A stretch of DNA of 64,000 nt from Felis catus (GCF_018350175.1 NC_058379.1:38378001-38442000); one strand, 5' to 3'; positions 37,847 to 50,740 are shown, counted from the stretch's first letter. Notes: a model not told the origin generated them from the letters alone. Translations and numbers: made by a program.

Positions 37847-38060
37847 GGGCACCTGGGTGGCTCAGTGGGTTAAGCGTCTGACTTTGGCTCAGGTCATGAT
37901 CTCACAGTTCGTGGGTTCAAACCCCACATCGGGCTCTGTGTTGACAGTTCAGAGCCTGGAGCCTGCTTTGGATTCTGTGTCTCCCTCTCTCTGCCCCTCC
38001 CCCTCCCTTGCTCACTCGCTCTCTCTCTCAAAAATAAATAAACCTTTAAAAAAAATTTTT
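37847..38060 (+). mobile_element. CAN-SINE
   Basis: GGGCACCTGGGTGGCTCAGTGGG head, body and tail. Confidence 0.95.
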
Positions 38061-38198
38061 AAAGAACCTAGGAGAACTAAAATGAGCTATTTGAAGTTAA
38101 AAAGGAAATTTAAATATTTTTGAAAGCTAAATAAAAATATTATAGAGAAAAAGTTGGGTTTATTGTCCCAACACAGATTTTAAAAATCAAAGCGATTT

Positions 38199-38199
<1 letters not shown>

Positions 38200-38243
<44 letters not shown>
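38200..38243. repeat. (GA)n microsatellite
   Basis: About 21 AG units. Confidence 0.95.
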
Positions 38244-38247
<4 letters not shown>

Positions 38248-38755
38248 AAAAAAATAATTAGGGGAGAAATCCAAAGTCTGATATACAAATATATAAACAA
38301 TAAGAGTTCTAGAGACAACAGAGAAAATGGAAAAAGGATACCACTGATGCAATGATGCAGACATGCTTCCCCCAACTGATACTCTTGTGTTTCTAAATTG
38401 AAAGAGCCCAGAAATTGCCCAACTTGATGGATGATACAAGGCCCCCACAAAAGGGTGTCACCATGAAAACAGAACATAGAAAACAGAATGAATATTTTTA
38501 AAGATGCTAGAGTGAAATGATAGTTTATATATGAGATAGCAAGACTCAGAATGGTATCTGGTTTCTTAAGAACAATCTGGAAGGAAGGAAGAAGATAATT
38601 AATGAATCAGGTTTTCAAATTTCCATCCAAAGATTTCCGAATCTTACATTCTATTCCTGATCTATCAAGTGTGAAATAAAATATTTCAGAAATTTTACCT
38701 CATAAGTGCTTTCTCAGGAAGCTAGCAGAGAATTTGTTCCATCAAAAGGCGAGTA

Positions 38756-38987
38756 GAGGTGCCTGGGTGGCTCAGTCGATTAAGCATTTGACTTCGGCTC
38801 AGGTCATGATCTCATGGTTTGAGCCCCACCCCCCTCGCCCCCCCACCATGGGGCTCTGTGCTGACAGCTCAGAGCCCAGAGCCTACTTCAGATTCTGTCT
38901 CTCTCTCTCAGTCTCTCTCTTTCTGCCCCTCCCCCACTCACATTCTGTTCTCAAAAATGAATAAATGTTTAAAAATTTTTTTTAAAA
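38756..38987 (+). mobile_element. CAN-SINE with an internal C-rich expansion
   Basis: TSD AAAAGG(C/A)GAGTA (38744-38755 / 38988-38999). Confidence 0.93.
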
Positions 38988-39003
38988 AAAAGGAGAGTAA
39001 ACC

Positions 39004-39222
39004 GGGCACTCAGGTGTCTCGGTTGAACGACAGACTCTTGGTTCTGGTTCAGGTCATGGTCTCACGGCTGTGGGATGGAGCCCCACATTGGGCTCTGCAC
39101 TGACAGCACAGAACCTGCTTGAGATTCTCCCTCTCCCTCTTTCTCTGCCCCTCCCTACTTGCACTCCCTCTCTTTCTCTCTCTCTCTCAAAAATAAATCA
39201 ACATGAAAATCTTTAAAAAGAA
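39004..39222 (+). mobile_element. CAN-SINE (older subfamily)
   Basis: TSD AAAAGGAGAGTAAACC (38988-39003 / 39223-39238). Confidence 0.93.
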
Positions 39223-39999
39223 AAAAGGAGAGTAAACCAAGAAAAGGAGGGGGAGGGGAATGATATCCAAGAAATAGGGGGTCCAATATCAGAGAGGGAG
39301 TGGGAGGAGAAAGATAAGTGGGGCGAGAGATAGAGAAATTGACAGTGGGAGAAACCCTGAACATCAGGCTTAGAGGGCAACTAAGGCAAGGAAATAATAA
39401 AAACAATAAAGGAATTCAGAAGGCANNNNNNNNNNNNNNNNNNNNNNNNNNNNNNNNNNNNNNNNNNNNNNNNNNNNNNNNNNNNNNNNNNNNNNNNNNN
39501 NNNNNNNNNNNNNNNNNNNNNNNNNNNNNNNNNNNNNNNNNNNNNNNNNNNNNNNNNNNNNNNNNNNNNNNNNNNNNNNNNNNNNNNNNNNNNNNNNNNN
39601 NNNNNNNNNNNNNNNNNNNNNNNNNNNNNNNNNNNNNNNNNNNNNNNNNNNNNNNNNNNNCCCTATTGAATTCTAATATATTGGGAAGAGATATACAATT
39701 CTACAGACAGGTTTGGCAAAAGTAATAAATACATGGACCATGGAATAAATGAAGAAATTATTAACTCTGGATGGGGGAGTTGTAAAAGGAAGGAACTGTA
39801 ATTATGGTATAGTATATATGCAGCTGTAAATAACTCTTCACATGCCTAATAATATAAACTGAAATTTTAACCAAAAATTAAATGAATCACATTGTGAAGG
39901 TGGTGGGAGAGGTGTCTCTGTATGGCCAGAAGGAGGGGCTGCTATTTTTATAAGTATTTTAGAACTATCTAACTTTTAAATGGTGCACATTTGCAGATA

Positions 40000-40340
40000 A
40001 AAATGGGGGCATTTATTGGAAAGGTAGAGAAGAAGCTTCACAGCTGCTGGGAGGGACAGGCTTGGAAAAAGCATGGGAATTAAGGAGGCTCCAGAGGCCA
40101 GGAAGTGTGAGCACGTGACTAGAGAGCTGCCCCCTATCCCCGCCCAAAAGACCCCACCGTTTCTTTCTAGTTACCTTCTCGCTGTCTCTGGCTGAGTCTG
40201 GGTCACTTGCCTAAGCCCTGGCTACCAGAGGGTGGGAGGGGAAGACTTTCTTCCTTAAGCTGTCACAGCTGGCAGTAGGGCCTGGGTTCTAGCAATGAGG
40301 AACTTGTCCCTAGGGCAGCTGGTGGGGTATAGAAAGGACA
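40000..40340 (-). mobile_element. Old MaLR LTR relic (MLT1K/L-like)
   Basis: GGGCATTTATTGGAAAGG...GGCTGAGTCTGGGTCACTTGCCTAAGCCCTGG. Confidence 0.5.
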
Positions 40341-40874
40341 GGCCACCCATTCTCCCATTTTTGTCAAATTGGGGATAGTCAAGTTTACTAGCTCCCTGCA
40401 CTTATCAGTTCACCTGCGGAAGCTCCCTCTTCTGCAATAGATAGCAGGGGCCCTAAATACTTCTACCTTCATCCAAGACATCCTTCTTGAAGGACAAGGA
40501 GATTGGAGGGGACAAAGAAAAAGGGTCTCTAGTTTTTTAATCCTTCATCATTGACTTTCCCCTGCCTGTAGTGGTTAGGGGGTGTTCAAGACACATTGCT
40601 CACTGTGGCACAGAATGAATGTTCACTAATAACCCTGGGACTGGAACTCAGGCCTCTGAATGTCTCCCCACTCCATTGGAGAACAGACTAGGAGGTGGCC
40701 AACGGGGTGGGGGCGAGGGGGAGTCTCAGCACCAAGGACAGGGGGAAACAGTGTGCAGATAGGAAAGAGTTAAGGCTATCGTATCCCCATGGAAAAGAAA
40801 GGAAATGTTGTTTTGTTTGAACATACTTTGGGGGTACAAAAGAAAATATCAAACCGTGAATAAGTCCCTCTTCT

Positions 40875-41083
40875 TCCAACGTTTTTTTATTTATTTTTGG
40901 GACAGAGAGAGACAGAGCATGAATGGGGGAGGGGCAGAGAGAGAGGGAGACACAGAATCACAAACAGGCTCCAGGCTCTGAGCCATCAGCCCAGAGCCTG
41001 ATGCGGGGCTCGAACTCACGGACCGCGAGATCGTGACCTGGCTGAAGTCAGACACTTAACCGACTGCGCCACCCAGGCGCCCC
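40875..41083 (-). mobile_element. Young SINEC_Fc-type SINE, almost tail-less
   Basis: Perfect 16-bp TSD AATAAGTCCCTCTTCT (40859-40874 / 41084-41099). Confidence 0.97.
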
Positions 41084-43784
41084 AATAAGTCCCTCTTCTA
41101 ATTGTAGCATGACTACTGGCACGTTGTGCAGACAGCCCTTGGAATCCCTAGTAGCTATGAAAGGAGCATCATTGAGGTGCCCAACATGTTGGGTATGTTC
41201 TCCTAACCTGTTCATAGCCTTTGCTCATCTTTACTTTTGAGCTGTTGTTAATTAGGGTGTGGGATTCAACTGAAAGTCCTTTTAATTGTACTTGTATTAC
41301 TGGGTTATTGGTGGGGTTGACACTTCTTTCATTCAGGCTTCCAGGTTAGAGATGAGGAGAAAGTGGATGTGGGGGGGTGGGAACAGGAAGGTGACTTGAG
41401 GACACAGGCAGCCCGTTAGGTAGCATAAGGTAGTTTTCTGTTGATCAAGAGTACCTAGGCATTGAAACACTGCTCTGTACCCCAGCATCAGAAAAAGTAA
41501 CTGGCTTGAGCCGAGAACGGCTTGCTGGGGCAGTAACACCACCATCCTGACCTTTGGGGTTGGTTGTGATAGCAATAAAGCAGATGTGTTTGATTACGGC
41601 ACTTCATAGTCCTATGATTCTAGGAACTGTTTAATGTGATTACTCTGTAAAATAATTACTCCGCAACAGCCAGTTGCAGCCATGAAAAACTAGAATTTAC
41701 TACTTGTGTTTTCACATATACACATACCATCAAAGCTTCACACTAACTGTCTACCATAAATTTCCTGCAGATTCACCTCTAATAATCTGAAAGTGTAGTC
41801 AGGCTAAACTGCACACTGCTTGGAAAAGCACATTTTTTTTTTTTTTTTCAAAACCAAGATGGCTGCCAGGAAAATAATTAGATTATCACCAGTAGTACAG
41901 CCTTGGACCAGTTGTTACTGGTCTAGTTGTGATTTCTTTTTGCAGCAAGGAGGCTGGGAGCCCAGCTGAATCTGAGAGTGGGATTCTGGGTCCCATGCAC
42001 CTCTCAGATGAGTATACCTTTGCAGTCTAGTTACACAGAAATAGCAGAGGTAAGACAGTTCCAGAAGTCATAGGACTCCACTCAACATCAGCTCGGTGTT
42101 ACAAACCTTGGGACTCTGCTGAGTCTAGAATTAGCCTAGGAAACCAATGCAGCCATCAATGGATTTGAGCAGGACAGCCCTGAAGTTCATTCAGAGTGGC
42201 ACCACAGTATTCACCTACAACAATGTTCATGCTGTCAGGGGTAGGTAGTGGGAGTTTTAACAATCTAGACGTGAAGACTCCATGGATTATTACTATAACT
42301 GATTCTTGTGGAAGGACAAAATGTCTTCCAAGTAGACATAGACCGAATTAATGGAAGTCTGAGACACAGTTAGGTATTTTCTTCCTGCAAAGACGAAGCT
42401 AAGTGGAGATTTGCAAGTTATCAATCAGTTAAGCACAACCCCAAACTCCTAAGAATGACTCTAGAGAAAGCCGGGTTGAAAACTTGTTTTCCTGTGAGCT
42501 TTCATTATAAGTGAAATTACTTTCTTAGCTGCTCAGCTCTGTACTTGTTGCCTAAGAGCAAGGGGTGTTTCAGTATTAAAACTTCTGCAAAGCCTTGAGT
42601 GGCTTTGTAGGTTAATCTTTTATCGTAACATCCTTCCCCCTTTCCTTGGGAGTACGTCCTCCAAGATTCCAAGGGAGGAGAAGAGAAAAGCTCACCCTTC
42701 ACTTTCATTGGACTATCCAGGCAAGACAGTAGGGTTTTATAATCCTGGATTTGAAAATGCCAGGATGCCTCATAAAATTAGCCAACTGTCTGAGAGACGG
42801 TCGCAGCTATTTAGGCACTGCTGATATGTAACGGGGTTAGGATTTCAAGCAACCCCATTGCTCTCCTGTTACATCACCAGCTCCTCTGGTGGCCCATTCC
42901 CCACAAGCAGGTAAACATATTATAATGAGTCATCCCCACATCCTAAATCTATATCAGTGTCCCTGTCCCGTTTAAACATGACCCTATTATCCCTTGGTTT
43001 TCGCAAGTGAGGGAAACCAGTGGCAGGTATGGAAACTCTGACTTTGCTAAAGCTGTCTATGGCAGAGACAGATGTGTTTACACGACCCTAGCATAGGAGA
43101 AAGTGATTTAGTCCATTCATCTCTGATTGTACACGTCCACTCTCAATTATAGGGTAGAGAAAATATGACTTATTGTTACTTATTTAGGTAGGATCTGTTT
43201 CTCTCACTGCTTAAGCACTGAACGTTGGAAATTAGCTGCTTCGGAAGTTAGCATATACTAAAGCTGCTAGGTCAAGGATGCTAATTCCAGGGACTATTGT
43301 TTTGCCAAATGTCTCCTGCCCAAACTAAACACGGGTCACAGTTATGGAGAAGGCCATGTTTAAGTGGAATAGGAATGATGGTATGGGCTTGCATCGAGTC
43401 CGGCTACCATAGGTGCACTTTCAGAACAAGACTAACTTCTTACTTCTGTGTCAGGGGCCAACCAGTCACAGAGCAGTTGTAATAGTTCAGCCTTCAGTTT
43501 TTCTTTCTTGTGTTCTTTTATTTCACATAATTTTGAGTTTTTTCATTCTCTGACACTGTCTTCTAGATTTAGAATTCTTTTTGAGAACTTAATTTTCAAG
43601 AAGGCTGATGATTCAAGTGCTTCAGCGGATTATTAATTACAATAGTGTTGGCAGTGAACCAAGTTGACTAGCAGAATGCTATTAAAATAAACCTTAAATA
43701 CTTTTGATTGTTGATAAACCAAATCATTGATAAGAAACCATTACATTATGTTCAATAATTGTTGGTATAATCCAGTAGTTTAAT

Positions 43785-44364
43785 ATTATATTACCTACTC
43801 CTGCATAACAATATTACTACAAACTTAGCAGCTTTAAAACAATATATACACAAATAAAACAATAAAAACACATATATGTTACCCCTGTTTCTGTGGGTCA
43901 GGAATGTGGACACACTTAGCCGAGCCCTCTGCCCAGGGCATCTCACAAGGGTATAATCAAGGTGTCGGCCAAGGTTAGGGTCTCTCCTGAAGTTGGACTG
44001 GGGAGGAATCTGCTTCCAACCTCATATGATTATTGGTAGGATGCCAGTTTCTTGGGGGCTCTTGGATCTAAGGCCTCAGTTCCTCGCTGGCCATGACCAC
44101 CCTCAGTTCCTTGCCTTGTGGATCTCTTCACATAGAAGTTTATCTCGTCAGCCATCAAGACAGGAGTCAAGGGTAAGAGCATACCTGCAAGATGGAAATT
44201 ACAACCTTTGTGACATAAAGCGACAGCGCACCACCTTGGCTCTAATTTATTGCTGAGAAGCAAGTCACGGGTCCTACTTACACTTATGGAAAAGGGATTA
44301 CACACAGACAAGAATGCCAGTAGGGAAGCATAATTGGGAAGCTATCTTAGGGTCCGTCCACCAA
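43785..44364 (-). mobile_element. MaLR solo LTR (MLT1E/F-like)
   Basis: CTGCATAACAA..ACAAACTTAGCAGCTTTAAAACA...TTTCTGTGGGTCAGGAAT...GGGGAGGAATCTGCTTCCAA...AGAAGCAAGTCAC. Confidence 0.88.
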
Positions 44365-44739
44365 GAAAATATTGAGAAACAATGAAAGATTTGACCTCTT
44401 TAGGCAATCCCCCCTTAAACGTTTAGGTCTAAACCATAAAGGGGGGTAAAAGACATATTGGGGGTAGCAACTCAAAATAAAATGTTGCTGCAGGAGTAAG
44501 AAATCAGTAAATATATAGATAATCTATTAATCAGAGGGAAGAAAAAAGAAGAGAGGTTAATAAATTACTCTTTGTAAGAAAGTAAGGACAAAGCAAGCCA
44601 GAGAAATACAATTCAACACCTTTTTCTTGAGCAGCTATATAACTTGCACTCTGCTTATATGCTGTGGACAGTGAGGAGATTGCAGGAGTGCAAAAAAAGA
44701 TGAAAAGACATAATACAGGGTCTTTTTCTCAAGCTACTT

Positions 44740-45000
44740 ATAACAATAACAAACATTTATATTGATTTCAACCTAAGCCGGACACAATTCTAATACCTTT
44801 ACATGGATTGTCTAATTTGAGCCTCAAAACAATCCTATAAAGCCAAAAACAACCCCATAAAGCCCATCTATAAAGGTGTTATTGTTCCCATGAAGAAGAG
44901 AAAACAAAGGCCCAGAGAGATTTGTTATTTGTCCAAGGGCACAGACCCAGTAAATGAGTTAGTGTGATACCAAAGTCTATGATTTGCACCAAGGATCACC
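44740..45000 (-). mobile_element. MIR relic
   Basis: AACATTTATATTG...TTACATGGATTGTCTAATTTGAGCCTCAAAACAATCC...GGCCCAGAGAGA..TTGTCCAAGGGCACAC. Confidence 0.75.
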
Positions 45001-45034
45001 ATAGGCCATATTTGAAAAGCTACTTGCTTTTATA

Positions 45035-45181
45035 AGTTAGAACACAGACATGCACCTGTTATTACATGTCCATGACTGCTTTCACAGTATAATGGCAGAG
45101 TTGAGAAGTTGTCCCTATCTCCTGCAATGCCTGAAATATTTACTACCTGGCCCTTTATAGAAAAAAAATTGCCAGTCCTTG
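45035..45181. mobile_element. MER58-type hAT-Charlie fragment
   Basis: ATGGCAGAGTTGAG...CCTGAAATATTTACTACCTGGCCCTTTATAGAAAAAA..TTGCCAGTCCTTG. Confidence 0.85.
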
Positions 45182-45431
45182 CTATAAGCCACAATAGCAT
45201 ATCACCTCTTTGGTGAGAGACAGACATATCATGTACCCAAAAGTCTAAGATACAAGAAGAAATAGGAACTCCACAGAGGTACAAGGAAAACGGAAGAATG
45301 TTACTGTGTCTGTCCTGAACACAACGGTGGTGACGAGGTGCAGGTCTTAGGAGGATGGGGGTGTCGTTTAAGGTTTTCAGGCCCTAAAGCTGATGTAATT
45401 GCCTAGAAAGTGGAAATAAGAACAGCATAGG

Positions 45432-45445
45432 AAAAAAAAAAAAAA
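45432..45445 (+). mobile_element. Poly(A)-only retroposed insertion
   Basis: Perfect 14-bp repeat AAGAACAGCATAGG (45418-45431 / 45446-45459) flanks pure A14. Confidence 0.8.
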
Positions 45446-47133
45446 AAGAACAGCATAGGGAAAAGCTAAAGATATGACACGGCTAGATTCAGTGGTTTTA
45501 GGAAAAAAAGAAATGGAAAGAAAGATGTATATCCTATACTGTTTGTAAGTAACTATTAAGCAAATAAAGTAGCAAAATCTAATTAAATGCCTTGTCTAAA
45601 AGGCCATTTTCACCTCTCAACTTCAGTTTCAACTCCTATGTAAGTTTCTAGCAACGGAATCAAGCAGATAGCAGGAAGAGATCACATGAAGTCTGAGTGT
45701 TCTGTTTGCTTTACAAACATGAAACTGTCCTTTGAATCCAAAAGAGCCAATGAAGACATTAGAATTAAGCTCATTGACAACCGGAAGCCAGAATATTCGT
45801 CATCGTGGCATCTGTACCTGCTTCATTCAATTTCTTTAACTCTTACTCCTGACTAGACTTTCCATACATATTTTTTAATCATTTAGCTAATCCTCATCAA
45901 GGGACTCAGCAAGGGAATAGTCTTATTCAAGACATTTAAAATTGGGTGAATATTTGTTTTGATCTCTTGCTCATCTTGGTGACTTACTGATGGTAACAAC
46001 TGAATTGCTAGGTTGATGGTCTGTTAGGTCTGACGTCCCGGTCCACTGGTGGGTGTTCCGGGCCTCAGACGAAATAACCACCCTCCAGTGAGCTTTCCTG
46101 GAAAATGTAACTTACTTCTTTGACGGCAAACATCACACAGAGATGAAACTGAAAACAGAAAATTTAATAAGATAAAGACATGTCTGACCATCTTTCTCTA
46201 CAGCTTCAGAAAGGGTTCAGCGTTTCATAAGCAGTACGTGGCATAGCATAGGCACATCCAAAGGATTGATAGGCATCCCACTACTCCAAGATTTCCCTTG
46301 GTGATCATAGCCTGGAGTTTCACTGCTTGCCGAATTGTTATTACACGATTCCTGCCTTTTCAGCCCATTTTGCTGTCACTTATGTTCTTCCAGTTTTAAT
46401 TCTGATGTTGTGTTTTTGGCAAAATTGAAGTAAGTTAAATGGGGTTGAAGGTACTTGGAGTCAATTGAAGTCAACTGCTGTTAAATATGTATGAAGGTTA
46501 TAGGATCAGAGCCTCACTTGCCAGAAGGAAAAAAAATCTCTTATTTTGCACATTTTCTGCCCCTAGGCATTTTAAAAGAGGCTCCTCAGCATACCCAAGC
46601 TTCGTCTCAGCTATGTTCCATTCCATTTCTGGTCACACACTTTTTGTTCCTTAAATATCATCCCATTTCCAGAGAGAAGTTCAAATTATACCTAAAACGT
46701 TAGGTGCCCTTTCTGACAAGGCAGATGTTAATTGAATTATGTAACTTCTGCATTCTCACCTGCTTCTTAATCTTTCAGGATTTCTGTCTACCTCACTCTG
46801 AAATGAGGAAAACACGAGGTTTACCCAGGAGGCCTGCATTTAATTCCTTATTGGAATCTCGTTCCCCAAGAACTAGATAAAAGCAGGAGTCAGAAGAGTG
46901 ACTGACTGACCCAATCTGTTGAGCACCTCCATTTTCTTCCAAGAAATGAAATATTAATGGTCTGTAGAAGGTGTTAAATACAGACCTGCTCCACTAGAAA
47001 CAGAAGACGAGGTTTTCTTTCCATTTGCATTTATTTTTCTGTTCCCATGGAAAAGCCTAACTTTAATATTAAGAAAACTCCTACAAGTGAAACTATCAGG
47101 AACACCAGAAAGCATCAGAAGATGAATCAGAGG

Positions 47134-47346
47134 GGGGCGCCTGGGTGGCGCGGTCGGTTAAGCGTCCGACTTCAGCCAGGTCACGATCTCGCGGTCCGTG
47201 AGTTCGAGCCCCGCGTCAGGCTCTGGGCTGATGGCTCAGAGCCTGGAGCCTGTTTCCGATTCTGTGTCTCCCTCTCTCTCTGCTCCTCCCCCATTCATGC
47301 TCTGTCTCTCTCTGTCCCAAAAGTAGATAAACGTTGAAAAAAAAAG
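47134..47346 (+). mobile_element. Young SINEC_Fc-type SINE
   Basis: TSD GAAGATGAATCAGAGG (47118-47133 / 47347-47362). Confidence 0.97.
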
Positions 47347-47689
47347 GAAGATGAATCAGAGGGCCAGGCAGGGGTGAAAATGAAATAAAACCCCACAGAG
47401 GGGCAACATCGTGGCATCCTAGCCAGGGTGCTCCCTTTCCCAATGTGCATGCTGCCTCATCCTGTAGGGTCCTGGTTTCCCCAGGAATAAAGTTAGAGTC
47501 GTCACAATTTCTCTTAATCTGCCAGACCTTATTAGAATATGCAAGCAAGAAAATTCTCTTTTGTCCATCTACCAAAGTTTTGGACACTTATATTCTATGT
47601 CATAGATAATATTATAATTTCAACATAGTAATTTTTCTCCCCATGTGCTCCTTTCTCTGGGGGTTTGGGTTGGGGTGGATGTCTCCTTA

Positions 47690-48004
47690 TGAGAGGATTA
47701 ACCATCTCTGCCACATTGATATCATGTTACTTGCTTTGAGGCAGAAATGACGTGTGCTCCTTCTGAGCAGAAGCTTCAAGGGCCATCTCATGGCTCTGCA
47801 TGTTCTCATTTCCCTCTGCCAAGAGATAAGCAGTGCTGGAATAGGGACTGCTACAAATGCCTGGGACCCAGATGAAGAAGATGTGCAGCAAACTTGCAAC
47901 AAGGATATAATATGAGCAAAAAATAAAGCTTTATTGCTGTCAGCTGCTGGAAGTCTGGAGATGTTTGTTACTGCAGTATAACTGAGCTTGAGCTGACTGG
48001 TACA
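47690..48004 (+). mobile_element. MaLR LTR (MLT1I/J-like)
   Basis: GCAGAAATGACGTGTGCTCCTTCTGAGCAGAAGCTT...ATGAGCAAAAAATAAAGCTTT..TGTTTGTTACTGCAGTATAAC...CTGACTGGTACA. Confidence 0.85.
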
Positions 48005-48114
48005 TATCATTTGGAAAATTCTAAAGTCTTTTAATAAGTCCAGCAGAAGTCTAATTTAGAGCATTCACATTGGCTTCATGCTACACACTTTGTTAAGTAT
48101 CATCACTTCTTAAC

Positions 48115-48161
48115 CACTCATACATACATTTATTTAATCAGTCACTCAGCAAGTGTGTGTG

Positions 48162-48218
<57 letters not shown>

Positions 48219-48660
48219 TATGTCTAAAGTGCTTGCCATGTATCTTGTACTCTGCTAAAAAAAACCTTGAACAAAAAAGTACTGTGTATGCCATTGGGAG
48301 CACACAGTCTGAAGATGGACACGAAACAACCACACAAATAAAGGCAAAACTACTAACTGTGCAACTAATACGAAAGAAAAATAGAAGGCTCAGCAAGAGA
48401 GAACAGCAGGGCACCCGAGTTAGATTGGGACGTCAAGGAAGTTCGTTGTGTGGCTCCAAAGCTGAGACCTAAAGGATGAGTAGAAGGTAGCCAGGGCACA
48501 AGTGCCCCAGGCAGAGTGAACAGAATATCCTGATACCGTGCTGTGAGAAGGGAATGGATGATTGAGGAACGGAAAGAAGGCCAACGTTGTTGGAGCATTG
48601 CAAGCGAGGGGGGAGAAGAAAAGGCAAAAATGGAAGGACAGGCAAGATCAAGAAAGACCC
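48115..48660 (-). mobile_element. L2 3' region relic containing a (TG)(TA)n microsatellite at 48154-48216
   Basis: GCTGAGACCTAAAGGATGAGTAGAAG..CCAGGCAGAGTGAACAG..GAGGAACGGAAAGAAGGCCA, typical antisense L2. Confidence 0.75.
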
Positions 48661-48923
48661 TGGAAATTGGGCAGCTACATGCCCCAGCTTGCCCCAGACA
48701 GTCCCAGTGAAGGTTGTTGTGGTCAACATTTAGACGCCACCCCCCCTTTTCTGTCACGGTGCCTCTACCTGGATGACAAGTTATATATCCACCTTCCGTA
48801 TCAGACATTGTAAAGACTTGGAGTTTATGTCAAGAGCAAGGGAGGAAAGTGAGTTAATCAGATGTAATATTTTAAAAAGAAAACTGACTGCTGTATAGAA
48901 GATGTCAAGAGTGAAGAAATGGA

Positions 48924-49149
48924 GGGGCGCCTGGGTGGCTCGGTCGGTTAAGCGTCCGACTTCGGCTCAGGTCACGATCTCACGGTCCGTGAGTCCGAGC
49001 CCCGCGTCGGGCTCTGTGCTGACGGCTCAGAGCCTGGAGCCTGTTTCAGATTCTGTGTCTCCCTCTTTCTCTGACCCTCCCCCGTTCATGCTCTGTCTCT
49101 CTCTGTCTCAAAAATAAATAAACGTTAAAAAAAAAATTAAAAAAAAAAA
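48924..49149 (+). mobile_element. Felid SINE
   Basis: TSD AAGAGTGAAGAARTGGA (48907-48923 / 49150-49166). Confidence 0.97.
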
Positions 49150-49635
49150 AAGAGTGAAGAAGTGGAAACCAGCGTGGAGGCTCCAGACGTGGACCAGCAG
49201 ACGTAGAGGCGGAGATGAGAGCAGTGAAAATAGATGAGCTGTATTTTTCATGGCAAACCACCACTAAATCCTATCATTTTCTTTGTTGCTGACCACCGGC
49301 ACATGAGGTGCACGACCTCAGATAAAGAGATAAAACCATCGACTCTGGTTTTAGGTTGTCTCTGAGCCCAGTCCCACTACCCTTCCCTCCAATGTATCTG
49401 CACCGTGTGAAAAAGAAACCAACGGCTCTGCATATCACACTGATAACTTTATTTGCTATGGACCGCTTTGGCTGCTTGACCTTCATGGCCTCCTTTTCCT
49501 CTCATCCCACTTCTTCTTTCCTTGGCCTCATCGTCTTCCTCCATATCAAATTCCTTTCCAAATTCCTTTCTTCCTCTCTTCTATACTTCCCTCTTCTCCT
49601 CCTAGAAAATAAGGACAAAATAGGAAATATTTTCT

Positions 49636-49862
49636 TTTTTTTTTTTTTAATTTTTTTTTTAACGTTTATTTATTTTTGAGACAGAGAGAGACAGAGCATG
49701 AACGGGGGAGGGGCAGAGAGAGAGGGAGACACAGAATCGGAAACAAGCTCCAGGCTCCGAGCCATCAGCCCAGAGCCCGACGCGGGGCTCGAACTCACGG
49801 ACCGCGAGATCGTGACCTGGCTGAAGTCGGACGCTTAACCGACTGCGCCACCCAGGCGCCCC
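49636..49862 (-). mobile_element. Young SINEC_Fc-type SINE
   Basis: Perfect TSD AGGAAATATTTTCT (49622-49635 / 49863-49876). Confidence 0.97.
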
Positions 49863-50519
49863 AGGAAATATTTTCTAAATAGAAGACCAAGGGATATGTA
49901 TCTATCATGTTCATAGTGCATTTTTATGTAATTTAGATTATACTTCATTAAAAATATAGAGAGCTACTTCGTATGAATAAATTATTCACATAATTTTACC
50001 ACGTATTTATTGACCAGATTCCCATCACATGATGCTAGAAAAATTTAGTGCCTACCCAATAGACACGGTCTAGAGTGGGTGGGCAATCAGGGAAAGCTGC
50101 ATCCTCTAGGAACGTGAAGACAGCTTTCTGGGCTTCAGTTTCTCCACAAAGAAAATCAGGCTTTACACAGGAGGTCCAAAAAATGTCTCATTTTATTACT
50201 CTCTGATGTCATGCTAAGACATTACTCTGAAGATAATCACAAAGTACTCCAGAGGTAGCTGAAGTTCAAATACCAGAACATAATGACTCTAGCCATTCAC
50301 TTTGGGTCTCAAGTTTGTTCATTTTTACTGAGGTGCATATTGTTACTGAAAAAGTCTTGTCTCTCCAACTCAAGGCAACCAAATGAGAATAAAATGTTCC
50401 TGTCCTTCAAATATAAGAAAGGGAAAGTCCGATTGTTCTTTGATGGTAGTTGGAAACCATCAACACTCACCAAAAACCCATTCGATCCGTGACAACTCCC
50501 TTAGACACGCTTCTGAAAG

Positions 50520-50740
50520 TCAGCCAATCAAGGACACCTCAAGTATCTGAAAATCAACCAATCAGCCAGAGTCTCACTCTGGGAGCCTTGCTTCCACACA
50601 GAAGCAACCAATCCTTAGGGATCGGTTCCATAGTTAACGCCCACCCTCCTCAAACCCTATATAAGATCAGACGTTTTACTTTGACCCCAGACTGTGCCTT
50701 CCAGGTACAGCTCTCTTTGACTTTTTAAGCAGTAAGTTCG
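50520..50740 (+). promoter_or_regulatory. LTR-like Pol II promoter architecture: 3 CCAAT boxes, GC/CACCC box, TATA
   Basis: CCAAT at 50524, 50558 and 50608 (all RRCCAATC); CGCCCACCC 50638-50646; TATATAAG 50658-50665; all co-oriented. Confidence 0.55.

Larger units (their letters stand above)
35830..40000 (+). mobile_element. HAL1/L1ME-like ancient LINE (5' region plus ORF1-like part), heavily interrupted
   Basis: HAL1-like block AAATTTTACCTCA..CTTTCTCAGGAAGCTAGCAGAGAAT..TTCCATCAAAAGG..AGTAAACCAAGAAAAGGAG (38690-39250); 5' part resembles 56650-57800. Confidence 0.65.
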
